The notes below the pieces were generated by a model, which worked only from the letters and a program-made list of their open reading frames with translations, ran no database searches and was not told the origin of the DNA. Positions 1 to 8,884 of a DNA stretch of 64,000 nucleotides are shown here, one piece after another; position 1 is the first letter of the stretch, and each line of letters starts with the position of its first letter. The stretch spans positions 16,259 through 80,258 of the IMG/VR virus record IMGVR_UViG_3300011772_000022; one strand, given 5' to 3'. Made by a program: the position numbers and the translations under genes. Origin of the DNA: a virus. Lineage: Duplodnaviria; Heunggongvirae; Uroviricota; Caudoviricetes.

Positions 1-229
1 ACGCCAGATAAGATTTACCACTCGACCTTGGACCTGCAATTAGTGTGATACGTCCTTCAGGATAACCTCCGCCCATCTCACAATCCAAAGAAAGTGAACC
101 AGAAGGAATTCGTTTAAGGTTCATCGCTACGGCTTTACTCGCCACTGTCATAGTACCTTTACCGAATTTCTTGTTAATCGCCTTGATTTGTGCTGCTAAG
201 GTTAATTTTGCATCTTTTTTCTCTGCCAT
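1..229 (-). CDS. RecA/UvsX-like recombinase, N-terminal fragment (gene continues past the left edge)
   Basis: Reverse translation from the ATG at 227-229 gives MAEKKDAKLTLAAQIKAINKKFGKGTMTVASKAVAMNLKRIPSGSLSLDCEMGGGYPEGRITLIAGPRSSGKSYLA. This matches the RecA N-terminus (KQFGKG...IPTGSLSLD...G.P.GRI.EI.GPESSGKTT) through the Walker A motif. Confidence 0.7.
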   Translation of the reverse strand, partial: MAEKKDAKLTLAAQIKAINKKFGKGTMTVASKAVAMNLKRIPSGSLSLDCEMGGGYPEGRITLIAGPRSSGKSYLA

Positions 230-231
230 GT

Positions 232-447
232 TTACCAGTCCTTTCGAGCATGTAAGCTCATCATCATAAATTTTTTGCCTCGTACATGAGAAAATGTTAC
301 TTCATCTACATCATCAAGTGCAGAAGGTGGTACCTGAACCTGTGTGAGTGGTCCTCCCGGTACCTCTTGCGAATATCCTACGCAAGTATCTCCTCGCAAG
401 AATCGAGCAAAGTCATGTTGTTGTAAATAAACAGTGATAGTTGGCAT
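232..447 (-). CDS. hypothetical protein (71 aa)
   Basis: ORF with strong RBS AAGGAGGAACAAGAT before the ATG; its stop abuts the recA-like start. Confidence 0.5.
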   Translation of the reverse strand: MPTITVYLQQHDFARFLRGDTCVGYSQEVPGGPLTQVQVPPSALDDVDEVTFSHVRGKKFMMMSLHARKDW

Positions 448-531
448 ATCTTGTTCCTCCTTGTATGTGTTATATGTGTTATAACCTCTACCTTTATTAT
501 ACCCATCTCGGGGAAGATTGCAACCCCTTTT

Positions 532-777
532 TCAATATTCGTATAAACTATCTAAATAACGGTCGTATGTGCGGTATTCAAGTAGTGATTGGTCAGTACG
601 TAAAGCCACCACTGTCCGCCGTTTCAGATTTATGCAAGTCCCTCCGCTACCACACATATGACAAAAGTTACTATCTACTTCAGCGATAGCCCCGACGAAT
701 CTACAACGAAAACAAAATGGTAATAATTCATCTGGGTCAAATTCAGGTTCCTTTTTAGCAAACAATTTCTTTAACAT
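532..777 (-). CDS. hypothetical Cys-rich protein (start re-assigned to MLKKLF)
   Basis: RBS GGAGATACCGAT before the ATG at 775-777. CxxC...CxxC pattern (FCFRCRF...CHMCGSGG). The longer track start at 840 would run into the conserved repeat element. Confidence 0.45.
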   Translation of the reverse strand: MLKKLFAKKEPEFDPDELLPFCFRCRFVGAIAEVDSNFCHMCGSGGTCINLKRRTVVALRTDQSLLEYRTYDRYLDSLYEY

Positions 778-788
778 ATCGGTATCTC

Positions 789-866
789 CAATCTTTAGTT
801 TATTTCTCTTTCTTTTGTTAGTTAAGAATCTTAACCTCATACTGGTAAAGATTCTTTACCTGATAA
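789..866. repeat. conserved ~78-bp intergenic element, copy A (tandem 15-bp palindromes GTTAAGAATCTTAAC / GTAAAGATTCTTTAC)
   Basis: About 85-90% identical to 30485-30563 and 43289-43370, in the same orientation; lies between two minus-strand genes. Confidence 0.8.
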
Positions 867-945
867 CCTAATTATTGTAAGAAAGTAACTTGTGTTCCTC
901 TCTTATAAAATAGAGGCTATACCTTTACGGTTAGCCTCCTTTGTG

Positions 946-1697
946 TTACTTACAAGACCCATATTTCCATCCTAGTTCGAAATCTGAGATGATTGGGCAA
1001 GATAATTTCACTACGTTATCCATAATGTCTTTCGTTATTTCCATCATCGCAGGACCATTTTCAGGTGTAGATACGGCTAACACCTCATCGTGTACCTGTG
1101 CGATTTGACCTTGCTGATATTCTTCACCCGGCGTATTGATGCGATATTGCTCTCGCTCCATCTTAATCATTGCCATTTTGATGTAATCAGCAGACGACCC
1201 CTGTACCTCGGCATTGAAGGATTGTCGTTTTGCTCTGTTCTTTGTACCGTTATCAATACTAAAAATCTCAGTGATTCGGCGGCGACGTCCCGTAATCGTC
1301 TTCACATAACCATACTTAGAAAGGAATTTATGCGTTTGAGCGATTCGTTTTTCAATACCCGGGAAACCATTGAAGAAGTTATCGATGATTTTCTGAGTCT
1401 TAGTCATGTACGTCTTATTGATTTTACCGAATGGGTCCCTCTGTGTAGGACGTGCAAGCCAGAAATCAGGCTCCTTACCAAACCAATCGACCGCAAAGCC
1501 TCGTGTCGTCTTTCCATAGACAAGACCGAATGATACTGCTTTAGCATCTCGACGTTCTGCCTTCGTAATGTCCTTGATTTCCTTACCTGTTACGATGGAA
1601 GCATTATAGTAATGGATATCGTGACCCGCCACGAAACCTGCAATCATTGTTTCTTCTTGTGCTAAGTGAGCCGTCATACGTAATTCCATTTGACCTA
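946..1697 (-). CDS. DNA polymerase I family (family A), exon 2 (motif A tail ELRMTAHL, motif B RRDAKAVSFGLVYG, motif C QVHDEVL)
   Basis: Aligns with E. coli Pol I from IELRIMAHLS through RRSAKAINFGLIYG to QVHDELVFE. The exon start is inferred, not the ORF-track M. Confidence 0.8.
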
Positions 1698-1950
1698 CAG
1701 TTGTGTTACGGATATACCGTTTCCGTATACCCTCTTATAGTTTCCTATAAGCTCAGACTATATCTTCAGGTTTTACCTGCTCCCCGTTTCGAGTTCACTT
1801 GAACCCTACGTCTCTCGACTAGTCGTTGAACCTTCGTGTATAGGTGTCTCTCGACGACTATAGTTGCTTGGCTGCTGATTACCCTCGACTTTACGTTAGG
1901 GCTTCCCAGACAATTAGAGGAGTTTATAAAGGAGACCTAGTTGTTGGTTA
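1698..1950 (-). other. putative self-splicing group I intron interrupting polymerase motif A (boundaries approximate)
   Basis: The upstream ORF ends ..NWWMTVGDLTNN* (T7-like WVQAGID with the catalytic Asp). The downstream ORF resumes ..GQMELRMTAHL after a ~250-nt gap. Joining after the U of GAT-T and before TA-GGT (following an intron-terminal G) gives WWMTVGD-LGQ-MELR, matching DYSQIELR. ACTGTAGG is present at both junctions. Confidence 0.5.
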
Positions 1951-3481
1951 AATCTCCTACAGTCATCCACCAGTTACGCTGAAGCTCTTGGAATGCATCA
2001 CGAATCTTCCATTGGATTTCATAACCAGTATGTTCCGGAGTACCTTCGTCACATGGTTCGAACTCTTTATCTTTCTCATTGTATCTAACAGGAACAACCG
2101 TAAACATAAACGCTTTCTGGATTGCCACCTCTAAAGCATTCGGGTCATCCTTATGTTCCTCACGTAATGGGTCAACCACCTTGTCATATTCTTCAATTGT
2201 AATGAAGTCCTTGAAGATGGCGCCACTCGGTAGATTCTGAAGGTTCGGTCCAGATGACGATAGACGACCTGTAACCGTACCTGTTTGATGGAAGGAGCCA
2301 TGTACCCGACCATCAATATCGATTGCCTTGATGATTCCTTTTACGTAAGTAGATTCAGTCTTTTTCAGTTTACGATATTTCAAGATTAATTCGATAAGTT
2401 CTAAGCCTTCCATTGTCAGGTCAGCCAGTGTTCGTTCTTCCGCAGCTTCTCGACCCATTTTCAATAACTCTTTTAGTGTAGCAGCATCAACCTTAACTGC
2501 CCCCTTGTCCGTCTTCGCAATGATAGGAAGTTTCTTCTCGGCATGTAGTACCTCTGCTAATTGTGGTCCACTTCCAATAGAGAATTCGTGTCCGGCTAAA
2601 GCGAAGATTTGTTTCTCAAGGATATCCATTTCTTTTAAGCAGCGGGCACCGATTGCTTCCAGTACCTCTTGGTTAACAGGCATACCACGTCGTTCTATCC
2701 CTTGAAGTACCCCAACGAACGGCATCTCCACTCCGAATAGAACATCAATAAGTTTCTGCTTTTGTAACAACGGATAGTATTTGATGAACAGTTTAGCAGT
2801 CGCCACAATATCCATCAGTGCGTACGGTAAGGTTAATGTAGCTGAAGCCTCATGGAACCGAAGTTTCTTCCCGAGAATCTTATCGAGCTTATTCATATCC
2901 ATCCCAAGGTCTTCTTTCGCCACGTACTTCAAACCGAAACGTTGACGTTCTTCTTTTACGAGCCATGCCATTACCTGTGTATCAGCACAGGATGCTCTTT
3001 TTGGTAGCTCTTCAATATGTTTCGCCATTGCTTCTTTCGTTTCCGGAGCCACCCATTTCGGTACACATAATTTCGGTCGTAAATCAATACCAACATTCAA
3101 GAAGATATCAGCATCATATTTCAGGTTGTGGGCAATTATCATCTTGTCGAAGTCCAAGAAGAATTCCTTCAGTGCCTCTACAACCATTTTGCGATTTAAG
3201 TATCCAGTCGTTCCCACAACCTTCTCTTGGTCAAGGTGGTACATCGTTGGAATGTACGCCGCATATTCTAGTTTCGTAATGTCATCGTCGATAATACCAA
3301 TACCGATACCACAAATTTCTGCTTTTAAGAATGATAGGTCAGTAGTCTCTAAATCGTACACAATATATTTTGCTTTCTTCAGCCGTGCTAATAACCTTTC
3401 TAATTGCATATGATACACAAGGATATTCTCAGCGTAATCAGGTAATTCTCTTACAGGTCTCTCCAATACTGGTGCTCCCAT
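1951..3481 (-). CDS. DNA polymerase I family, exon 1 (3'-5' exonuclease motifs YDLETTDL, HNLKYD, YALMD; thumb/fingers ..TGRLSSSGPNLQNLP)
   Basis: Conserved Exo I-III and polymerase motifs. Start set to MGAPVLE (ATG 3479-3481) behind RBS AAGAGGAGGAAACGGAA. Confidence 0.8.
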
Positions 3482-3575
3482 TTCCGTTTCCTCCTCTTTA
3501 AGTGAAAAGAAAGTACGTTCAGGTGTTGCGACCATGACGTACTTTCTTATAAGTGTTAAGTTTTAGTGTGCTAGA

Positions 3576-4511
3576 TTACATGAAACGGATTGGTGTTTCT
3601 CCACCAGTATCAGCAGGGTGTCCATCAAAAGGATTTTGTTGTTGCCCACCTTGTTGACCTTGGTTTGGATTGTAACCTTGGTTCGGATTATAATATGGTT
3701 CACCTTGGTTTTGACCGTAGCCTTGACCTTGTGGATTCCCATAACCCTGCCCCTGAGGTTGACCTTGCGGTTGTCCATAACCTTGCGGTTGGTAACCCTG
3801 TGGCTGATATCCTTGTTGACCATATCCTTGCGGTTGACCACCATAACCTTGTGGTTGACCGTATCCTTGTTGGTAACCACCTTGTTGCTGCTGATTTTGT
3901 TGATTAGGGTTTCGACCTGCTAAAATGTCAGCTAAGTAGCCCGGCTCTTTCGGAGCAATTTGCTTAAACATTTGTTGACGAATCGTTTCAAGCTCTTCAA
4001 CCGTAGGAAGTTTAAGAGTTGCAGTTACGTCCTCTAATGGGACAGGAATGAATGACCATTGAGTCTGTGAGTCACGACCTGTCTTTGTTACTTCCCATGC
4101 ATGATTCAATAAACCACGTTTGCTTTGTTGTGCTTGTAGCGCTTTCAGTGCCTTGATACCAAGTTTCACAATCTTCACCGCATTTTGGCGAGTATGTTTT
4201 TGGTTATCACGTCTAGAAACCCACTCTTCATAACGAGTGTCGATTGCTAAGTAAGCACCTGAAAATGATGGTTTATTACCAGTCGCACATAATGGGCAAT
4301 CCGGTTGTTGTGAGCATGTAAAGTAACGTTTCTGTGGTTTCAGGTAATGTTGGTAGTAGTTAACAGGTTTATCAGTTAAGAATACCAACGTTGCTTCCTC
4401 GTTTTCACCTAAAATGAAATCCGGGATGTAATTACCATTTTGCTCATCTAACTCCTTAGAGCGTTTTTCCACCGCATCGTAACCTTCAGACATCCATGAT
4501 AAATTTGACAT
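3576..4511 (-). CDS. putative ssDNA-binding/DNA-binding protein with Zn-finger ([10 protein letters not shown]) and Q/G/Y-rich disordered C-terminal tail
   Basis: Start MSNLSW behind RBS AAGAGGAGGAAATTTATT. The C-terminal ~90 aa are [14 protein letters not shown]-type repeats, reminiscent of the flexible tails of bacterial SSBs. The SSB assignment is tentative. Confidence 0.4.
   Translation of the reverse strand: MSNLSWMSEGYDAVEKRSKELDEQNGNYIPDFILGENEEATLVFLTDKPVNYYQHYLKPQKRYFTCSQQPDCPLCATGNKPSFSGAYLAIDTRYEEWVSRRDNQKHTRQNAVKIVKLGIKALKALQAQQSKRGLLNHAWEVTKTGRDSQTQWSFIPVPLEDVTATLKLPTVEELETIRQQMFKQIAPKEPGYLADILAGRNPNQQNQQQQGGYQQGYGQPQGYGGQPQGYGQQGYQPQGYQPQGYGQPQGQPQGQGYGNPQGQGYGQNQGEPYYNPNQGYNPNQGQQGGQQQNPFDGHPADTGGETPIRFM
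3600..3840. repeat. degenerate tandem nucleotide repeats (ccttg(c)ggttg / ccataacc units) encoding the Q/G/Y-rich tail
   Basis: Visible periodicity in the DNA. It generates spurious ORFs on all other frames (3563..3880, 3590..3907, 3618..3923). Confidence 0.6.
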
Positions 4512-4617
4512 AATAAATTTCCTCCTCTTAGTTCGCTCTGTACTCGACAGGCTTTTCCCTTTTAGTTTTCTAAGTATCTCTCTAGTTGTACGCTCTGCCA
4601 TCGGCAGGCAATTTTCG

Positions 4618-4866
4618 TTATTCTGCGTTTACTACCGACAGAATCTTACCGTCTCGACCGTTTTTCACGTTAGACAGTTTCTTCAGTGAAACCATTTGCT
4701 CTCCTACTTCAGCATCGATAATTTTTCGTGCTTGTTGAAGTGCCTCTGCTACATCTTCACCTTCTTGTAACTCTAATTCTACTTCTGCTTCGATTTTCGC
4801 TGATTCATAGTTCCCCATGTTAACAGTGAATCCGCCTCGAAGTGATACTGATTTGACTTTTGCCAT
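4618..4866 (-). CDS. hypothetical protein (82 aa)
   Basis: RBS GTAGGAGGAAATGAC before the ATG; acidic coiled-coil-like. Confidence 0.5.
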   Translation of the reverse strand: MAKVKSVSLRGGFTVNMGNYESAKIEAEVELELQEGEDVAEALQQARKIIDAEVGEQMVSLKKLSNVKNGRDGKILSVVNAE

Positions 4867-5078
4867 GTCATTTCCTCCTACATCATCTTAGTTTCCTACG
4901 GGTGTTTGCTTCACCCTCAGAGGTACGGAATTTGAATCACACGTTCTATATCATCACACAATCACACATTTGGAGGTTCCGTACCCCTGAGCAGGAAGCA
5001 AAATGCTTTCCTACCCATCACACAACTTTTGGAGTTATTGAGTTTTATCATGGTAGAAAGAGAATGGCTAGTTCCCTT

Positions 5079-5168
5079 CCTCTCAGAACACCGAGGTTAT
5101 CAAAGGGGGTTATAACGAAAGGAATCAGTTGGTAAACGTTTCGTTATCCTCGATGTTCTGAGAGGAAG
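5079..5168. other. long imperfect inverted repeat (21-bp outer stem, 9-bp inner stem) in a 365-bp non-coding gap
   Basis: cttcctctcagaacaccgagg ... cctcgatgttctgagaggaag enclosing ataacgaaa ... tttcgttat. A second 16-bp pairing joins 4914-4930 to 4978-4994. Confidence 0.5.
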
Positions 5169-5232
5169 AGGGGAATTATTTCGTTCCCGTTCTTTCCCTT
5201 GCCTTTATATTACCTTACCGTAAGCAACTACC

Positions 5233-5457
5233 CTAATTGCTTTTTAAAACCTTTTCTCTTACATATTCGTTCTCAATCATTCGCTTTAATCTAAAAACGT
5301 CGATGATTACGATAATTCCGAAGGTACAGATACAAAGTAACCAGTACCAGAATAAGTAGTGAACCTTTTCTGTAATGTAAATCCTGTGTGCTCCTAATCC
5401 CCCGAGAAAGAGCCATAGTACAAATGCCATCCCAAACGACTTCTGCTCCGTTTTCAT
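5233..5457 (-). CDS. TM2-domain small membrane protein
   Basis: LFLGGLGAHRIY motif between two hydrophobic helices; RBS GGGAGAGGAACAAA. Confidence 0.5.
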   Translation of the reverse strand: MKTEQKSFGMAFVLWLFLGGLGAHRIYITEKVHYLFWYWLLCICTFGIIVIIDVFRLKRMIENEYVREKVLKSN

Positions 5458-5478
5458 TTTGTTCCTCTCCCTATAAGT

Positions 5479-5694
5479 TTATTCCGGGTTTCGAGCAATT
5501 GCGGCGTTTGCCCACATCATTGCTTCCTCAAGTTTCGTTTTAGCAAGTGATAACTCTCTTGAGGGTGGACATAGTGAATCTAGTGTCTGTGCTAAGAATT
5601 GGCATTTATTTCTTACCAATTCATGTGATTGTGCCTTATTTCCAGTTGGTGCATGATAAGCGAAGTTATTTTCATTTGACCCGATTGCCGCCAT
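5479..5694 (-). CDS. hypothetical protein (71 aa)
   Basis: RBS AAAGGGAGAGAAGCAAA before the ATG. Confidence 0.45.
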   Translation of the reverse strand: MAAIGSNENNFAYHAPTGNKAQSHELVRNKCQFLAQTLDSLCPPSRELSLAKTKLEEAMMWANAAIARNPE

Positions 5695-5748
5695 TTTGCT
5701 TCTCTCCCTTTGTTCTTATTTATAGTATATCCGGTGTGTACTAACTAG

Positions 5749-6060
5749 TTAACCGTTATTTTCAGCTTCTTCAAATTTTTCTGTTGCCTCTTCAAAAGCC
5801 TTGAACACCGCTTCTTTAAAACCATCAGGAATTGGTAACCCTTGTTTTAAATCGTAAGCATCCACTGTTCGTTTAATGGCTTTGATTTGGTCAGTTGAGT
5901 ATAATCGTCTTCCAGATTGCGCTCGATATGTTGCAGCAGGGATGATTCCGAGTCTTTCCCATTTGCGAATCGTTTGCCCTTGACGTTCTAGCTTATTAGC
6001 CAGTTCTCCGATAGTATGCAATTCGATGTCTTTACCACCTATAGTGTAGATTTTGCCCAT
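5749..6060 (-). CDS. MerR-family helix-turn-helix DNA-binding protein (start re-assigned to MGKIYTIG)
   Basis: YTIGELANKLERQGQTIRKWERLGIIP is a MerR-type HTH; RBS AAAGGAGGAAAGAAC before ATG 6058-6060. Confidence 0.55.
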   Translation of the reverse strand: MGKIYTIGGKDIELHTIGELANKLERQGQTIRKWERLGIIPAATYRAQSGRRLYSTDQIKAIKRTVDAYDLKQGLPIPDGFKEAVFKAFEEATEKFEEAENNG

Positions 6061-6098
6061 GTTCTTTCCTCCTTTCATGCCCTGCCCGAACGACATCA

Positions 6099-6623
6099 TT
6101 ACTTCTTCTTAGCTACTTTGAAGGCATACGTTACTTCACTTCTTGTAACGTTCTTTAACTCTTCCTCAGAAATTCTCTCTCCAAGGTATGCCTGCTCAAG
6201 TGCCTGTGGTGACACTTCAAATTCTACATCATCAACCAGTTTAGAATTGTAAAGCAGTAGCTCATCTAAAATGGCTTTCGGTTCGATGTTATTGAATTTC
6301 GGTGTCAACAACTTATGAAGTTGACGTTTCTGGAATAACTTAACGCTTTCCTCTTGATTTATTTTGACAGAAGTTCGAGCTTCTTTTTTGATTGATGACC
6401 CATCCTCTAGTTTAATCATGTAAGAACCTTTGTCATCTTGTTTTCCTTCAGCCTCAGCTAAGTCAAATGCACGTAGACGTATGTGTTTTTCGTAGGCTTT
6501 CAATACCTCCGCCAGAGATTTTACTCGCAGAGCATTACGTGAAACCTCCGCTGCTGATAATTCTGTGATGTTCGTATCTAGACCCAATACCTCTAACATT
6601 GCTTTTTCATTTGTTTCAAACAT
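6099..6623 (-). CDS. hypothetical protein (174 aa)
   Basis: RBS TAGGAGGAGACAAATT before the ATG. Confidence 0.5.
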   Translation of the reverse strand: MFETNEKAMLEVLGLDTNITELSAAEVSRNALRVKSLAEVLKAYEKHIRLRAFDLAEAEGKQDDKGSYMIKLEDGSSIKKEARTSVKINQEESVKLFQKRQLHKLLTPKFNNIEPKAILDELLLYNSKLVDDVEFEVSPQALEQAYLGERISEEELKNVTRSEVTYAFKVAKKK

Positions 6624-6728
6624 AATTTGTCTCCTCCTATATTATAAGTATATCTGCAACATCTATTACTTATACATATTATAACAGATGTTTCTCGAAC
6701 TATACAACGTTTTCTTTTTCCATTGCTG

Positions 6729-6998
6729 CTACTTTTCGGATGTCATTTTTTCGTATGTTTCAACCACATCAGTTACATCCATCCATCGGATAGCACAATG
6801 TAATAACTCTTCTGGCATTTTTTCTACCTTGAATACTGCTACATCGATATGAGGTTCTCCTTCTAGGCTTAAAAATGTGATACGTTTTTTGTCTGTTAAT
6901 CCGGCTTCATCTAGAAGTTTTTCTACTGTTCCTGCTCCAACGTTAGCCGCCTTAGCCATGTTATCGATGAAGTATCTTGTATTAATCGTTACGTACAT
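6729..6998 (-). CDS. hypothetical protein (89 aa)
   Basis: RBS AGGAGGGACAGGAA before the ATG. Confidence 0.5.
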   Translation of the reverse strand: MYVTINTRYFIDNMAKAANVGAGTVEKLLDEAGLTDKKRITFLSLEGEPHIDVAVFKVEKMPEELLHCAIRWMDVTDVVETYEKMTSEK

Positions 6999-7016
6999 TT
7001 CCTGTCCCTCCTATTC

Positions 7017-7193
7017 TTAATCGAGATTGTCTTCCACCATGTCTTCTAGCTCCTGTCGTTTTTCATCATCCGTCATTGTATTGACCGGACGACAATCACC
7101 ATAGTAGCTCGTATCTTCTTCGCTGCATGAGTCTGTATCGGAACATCCGACCAGACCGCCAAGTAATAACAGTGATAGTAATATTTTCTTCAT
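7017..7193 (-). CDS. small lipoprotein (start re-assigned to MKKILLSLLLLGGLVGC)
   Basis: Signal peptide plus lipobox LVGC; RBS GGGGGTGTAACA before ATG 7191-7193. Confidence 0.5.
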   Translation of the reverse strand: MKKILLSLLLLGGLVGCSDTDSCSEEDTSYYGDCRPVNTMTDDEKRQELEDMVEDNLD

Positions 7194-7195
7194 TG

Positions 7196-7321
7196 TTACA
7201 CCCCCAGTACCATGAAAGTCCACATTACGAAAGTGGCTCCATATTCTACAACCTTTAACCCGATGAATGGGGAGGCTGCAAGAAGTGCAATCCCCAGACA
7301 CCATTTACCTAATTTATTCAT
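7196..7321 (-). CDS. possible 41-aa hydrophobic peptide (below the ORF-track size cutoff)
   Basis: AGGAGGAAGCGATT RBS, then MNKLGKWCLGIALLAASPFIGLKVVEYGATFVMWTFMVLGV; the stop is adjacent to the lipoprotein start. Confidence 0.3.
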   Translation of the reverse strand: MNKLGKWCLGIALLAASPFIGLKVVEYGATFVMWTFMVLGV

Positions 7322-7333
7322 AATCGCTTCCTC

Positions 7334-7510
7334 CTAGAACGGTAGTACAGTAACAGAGAAGTGGAGCATCAAATCATTTTCTACCTTACAATCAAAGCAG
7401 TTTGCTTTCATGTTCAATATCCCCTCTTTAATTACGTACCCTTCAGGTAGGCGGCTTATATTTCTTGTTTTACATTCCTCACAATGCCACTCAAGGGTAA
7501 TTCGATTCAA
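7334..7510 (-). CDS. possible small Zn-ribbon ORF (TTG start; alternative ATG at 7411)
   Basis: GGGAGGG RBS 7 nt before the TTG; encodes ..EWHCEECKTR..NMKANCFDCKVEND... Confidence 0.2.
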   Translation of the reverse strand: MNRITLEWHCEECKTRNISRLPEGYVIKEGILNMKANCFDCKVENDLMLHFSVTVLPF

Positions 7511-7525
7511 CCTTCTTCCCTCCCA

Positions 7526-8884
7526 CTAATTAGTATGAACAGGATAACCAAGGTCGCCATAGATTCTACATCGTTTGAAGAATTGATTCATGCAAATCTC
7601 TACGCCTGTATCTACAATATCCAGTACCAGTGGTTCACGTTTGGTTGCGTGTAACCTTGTGATTCTGCCCACTCCTTGTTGTATGGTTATTGCATTTGAT
7701 ACAGGTGAAGCAAAGATTGCCGTATCTAATTCCGGGATATCTAAAGCCTCTTTAGCTATATGGTAAGTTGCGAAGAGCACGTTACATTCTTCAGCAACCT
7801 TATCCCTGTCTTCTTGATTCATCTTACCAACATATAGTCCACTAGTGAAGTCGGTATTTTTGGCAAGTTCATTGAATTCCTTGTTCAATAACTCTAGGTG
7901 AGCAACCCGTTCGGAGAATACAATTATCTTCCGACCTGCCTTCACCGCCTGAGCCGTTAAGTTTAATATCAATTGGTTCCGGCGTGGTAATTTACCAAGA
8001 CCTGTGACCAGTTTTGATATGTGGACGTCACCATTGTATTGCTTAAATTCATCAAGATTCATCTGTTCGTAATAATCAACTCGAACAATATTCGGCTTCA
8101 ATTCATCCGCTTTTAGTCGATGGATAACAGGACCGATATGTGAAAGGAATACTTCTTGTAATCCATCACTTCTATCGACCGTTGCCGTTAATCCCCAACG
8201 TCGTCGAGCCGGGAACATTGTTACTACATACGACCATGTATCAGCTGCAACCCTATGAACCTCATCCGATATAACCAGACCGAAGTATTCTAGGAATCCA
8301 TCAGGAATAGAATCCCTACGAGAATATAAGGTTTGTAGCATACCAACCACAATCTTCTTACCTTCCCATTCCCATTTGTCTCCTCGAACTATACCTGCAT
8401 CGTACCCAAGATGTTCCTTGATACGTTCCACCCATTGGTTCTGTAAAAATTCCTTATGTACAAGTATGAGTGTTGTTCGTCCTACGTTTGCGATTGAGGC
8501 TAAAGACATTACTGTTTTCCCTGTACCACATCCGGCTTGCAATATTCCACCAGTGCTCTTCGTTAAATCTTCTACGGCAGGCAATTGGTATTCTCGTAAA
8601 GATGATTGAAATTCAATATCTACTTTATGTCCATCCACCATTTTGTCAGTACAATAGGGTAATAGTTGCATTAATTCATTGTCTAAGTTTCTTGGAACAT
8701 ATACCAATCCATCTTTTTCGTGCCACATGTTAAGATGAGTTGGAATGCCTCTGGTTGAGGCACCCCGCTTCATTGCACTTATGAAGTCTGGATTCGGTAA
8801 GGTCAGAGCATCATACACCTGAGCCGGAATATCTTCTTCCTTATATACTCGGTGTGTTCGCACCAATCCTGTCATAATAACCAT
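7526..8884 (-). CDS. superfamily-2 DNA helicase (DEAH/UvsW/RAD25-like)
   Basis: Walker A AGCGTGKT, DEAH box VISDEVHR, and a helicase C-terminal domain. Confidence 0.8.
   Translation of the reverse strand: MVIMTGLVRTHRVYKEEDIPAQVYDALTLPNPDFISAMKRGASTRGIPTHLNMWHEKDGLVYVPRNLDNELMQLLPYCTDKMVDGHKVDIEFQSSLREYQLPAVEDLTKSTGGILQAGCGTGKTVMSLASIANVGRTTLILVHKEFLQNQWVERIKEHLGYDAGIVRGDKWEWEGKKIVVGMLQTLYSRRDSIPDGFLEYFGLVISDEVHRVAADTWSYVVTMFPARRRWGLTATVDRSDGLQEVFLSHIGPVIHRLKADELKPNIVRVDYYEQMNLDEFKQYNGDVHISKLVTGLGKLPRRNQLILNLTAQAVKAGRKIIVFSERVAHLELLNKEFNELAKNTDFTSGLYVGKMNQEDRDKVAEECNVLFATYHIAKEALDIPELDTAIFASPVSNAITIQQGVGRITRLHATKREPLVLDIVDTGVEICMNQFFKRCRIYGDLGYPVHTN

Noticed and set aside
1090-1533. Plus-strand 147-aa ORF inside polymerase exon 2
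   Set aside because: It is antisense to the conserved polymerase motifs B and C.
1690-3535. Intein or in-frame insertion as an explanation for the split polymerase
   Set aside because: The upstream ORF ends in a stop codon and the two halves are separated by ~250 nt that is not open in frame with both. An intein would keep one continuous frame with Cys/Ser..His-Asn boundaries. An IS/MITE insertion with an 8-bp duplication (ACTGTAGG) was also considered, but that would inactivate an essential gene.
3563-3923. Three overlapping ORFs (3563..3880 minus, 3590..3907 plus, 3618..3923 plus) with repetitive VNH/LTL-type translations
   Set aside because: They are other-frame and antisense readings of the tandem repeat that encodes the Q/G/Y-rich tail of 3576..4511. 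They have no RBS and extreme composition.
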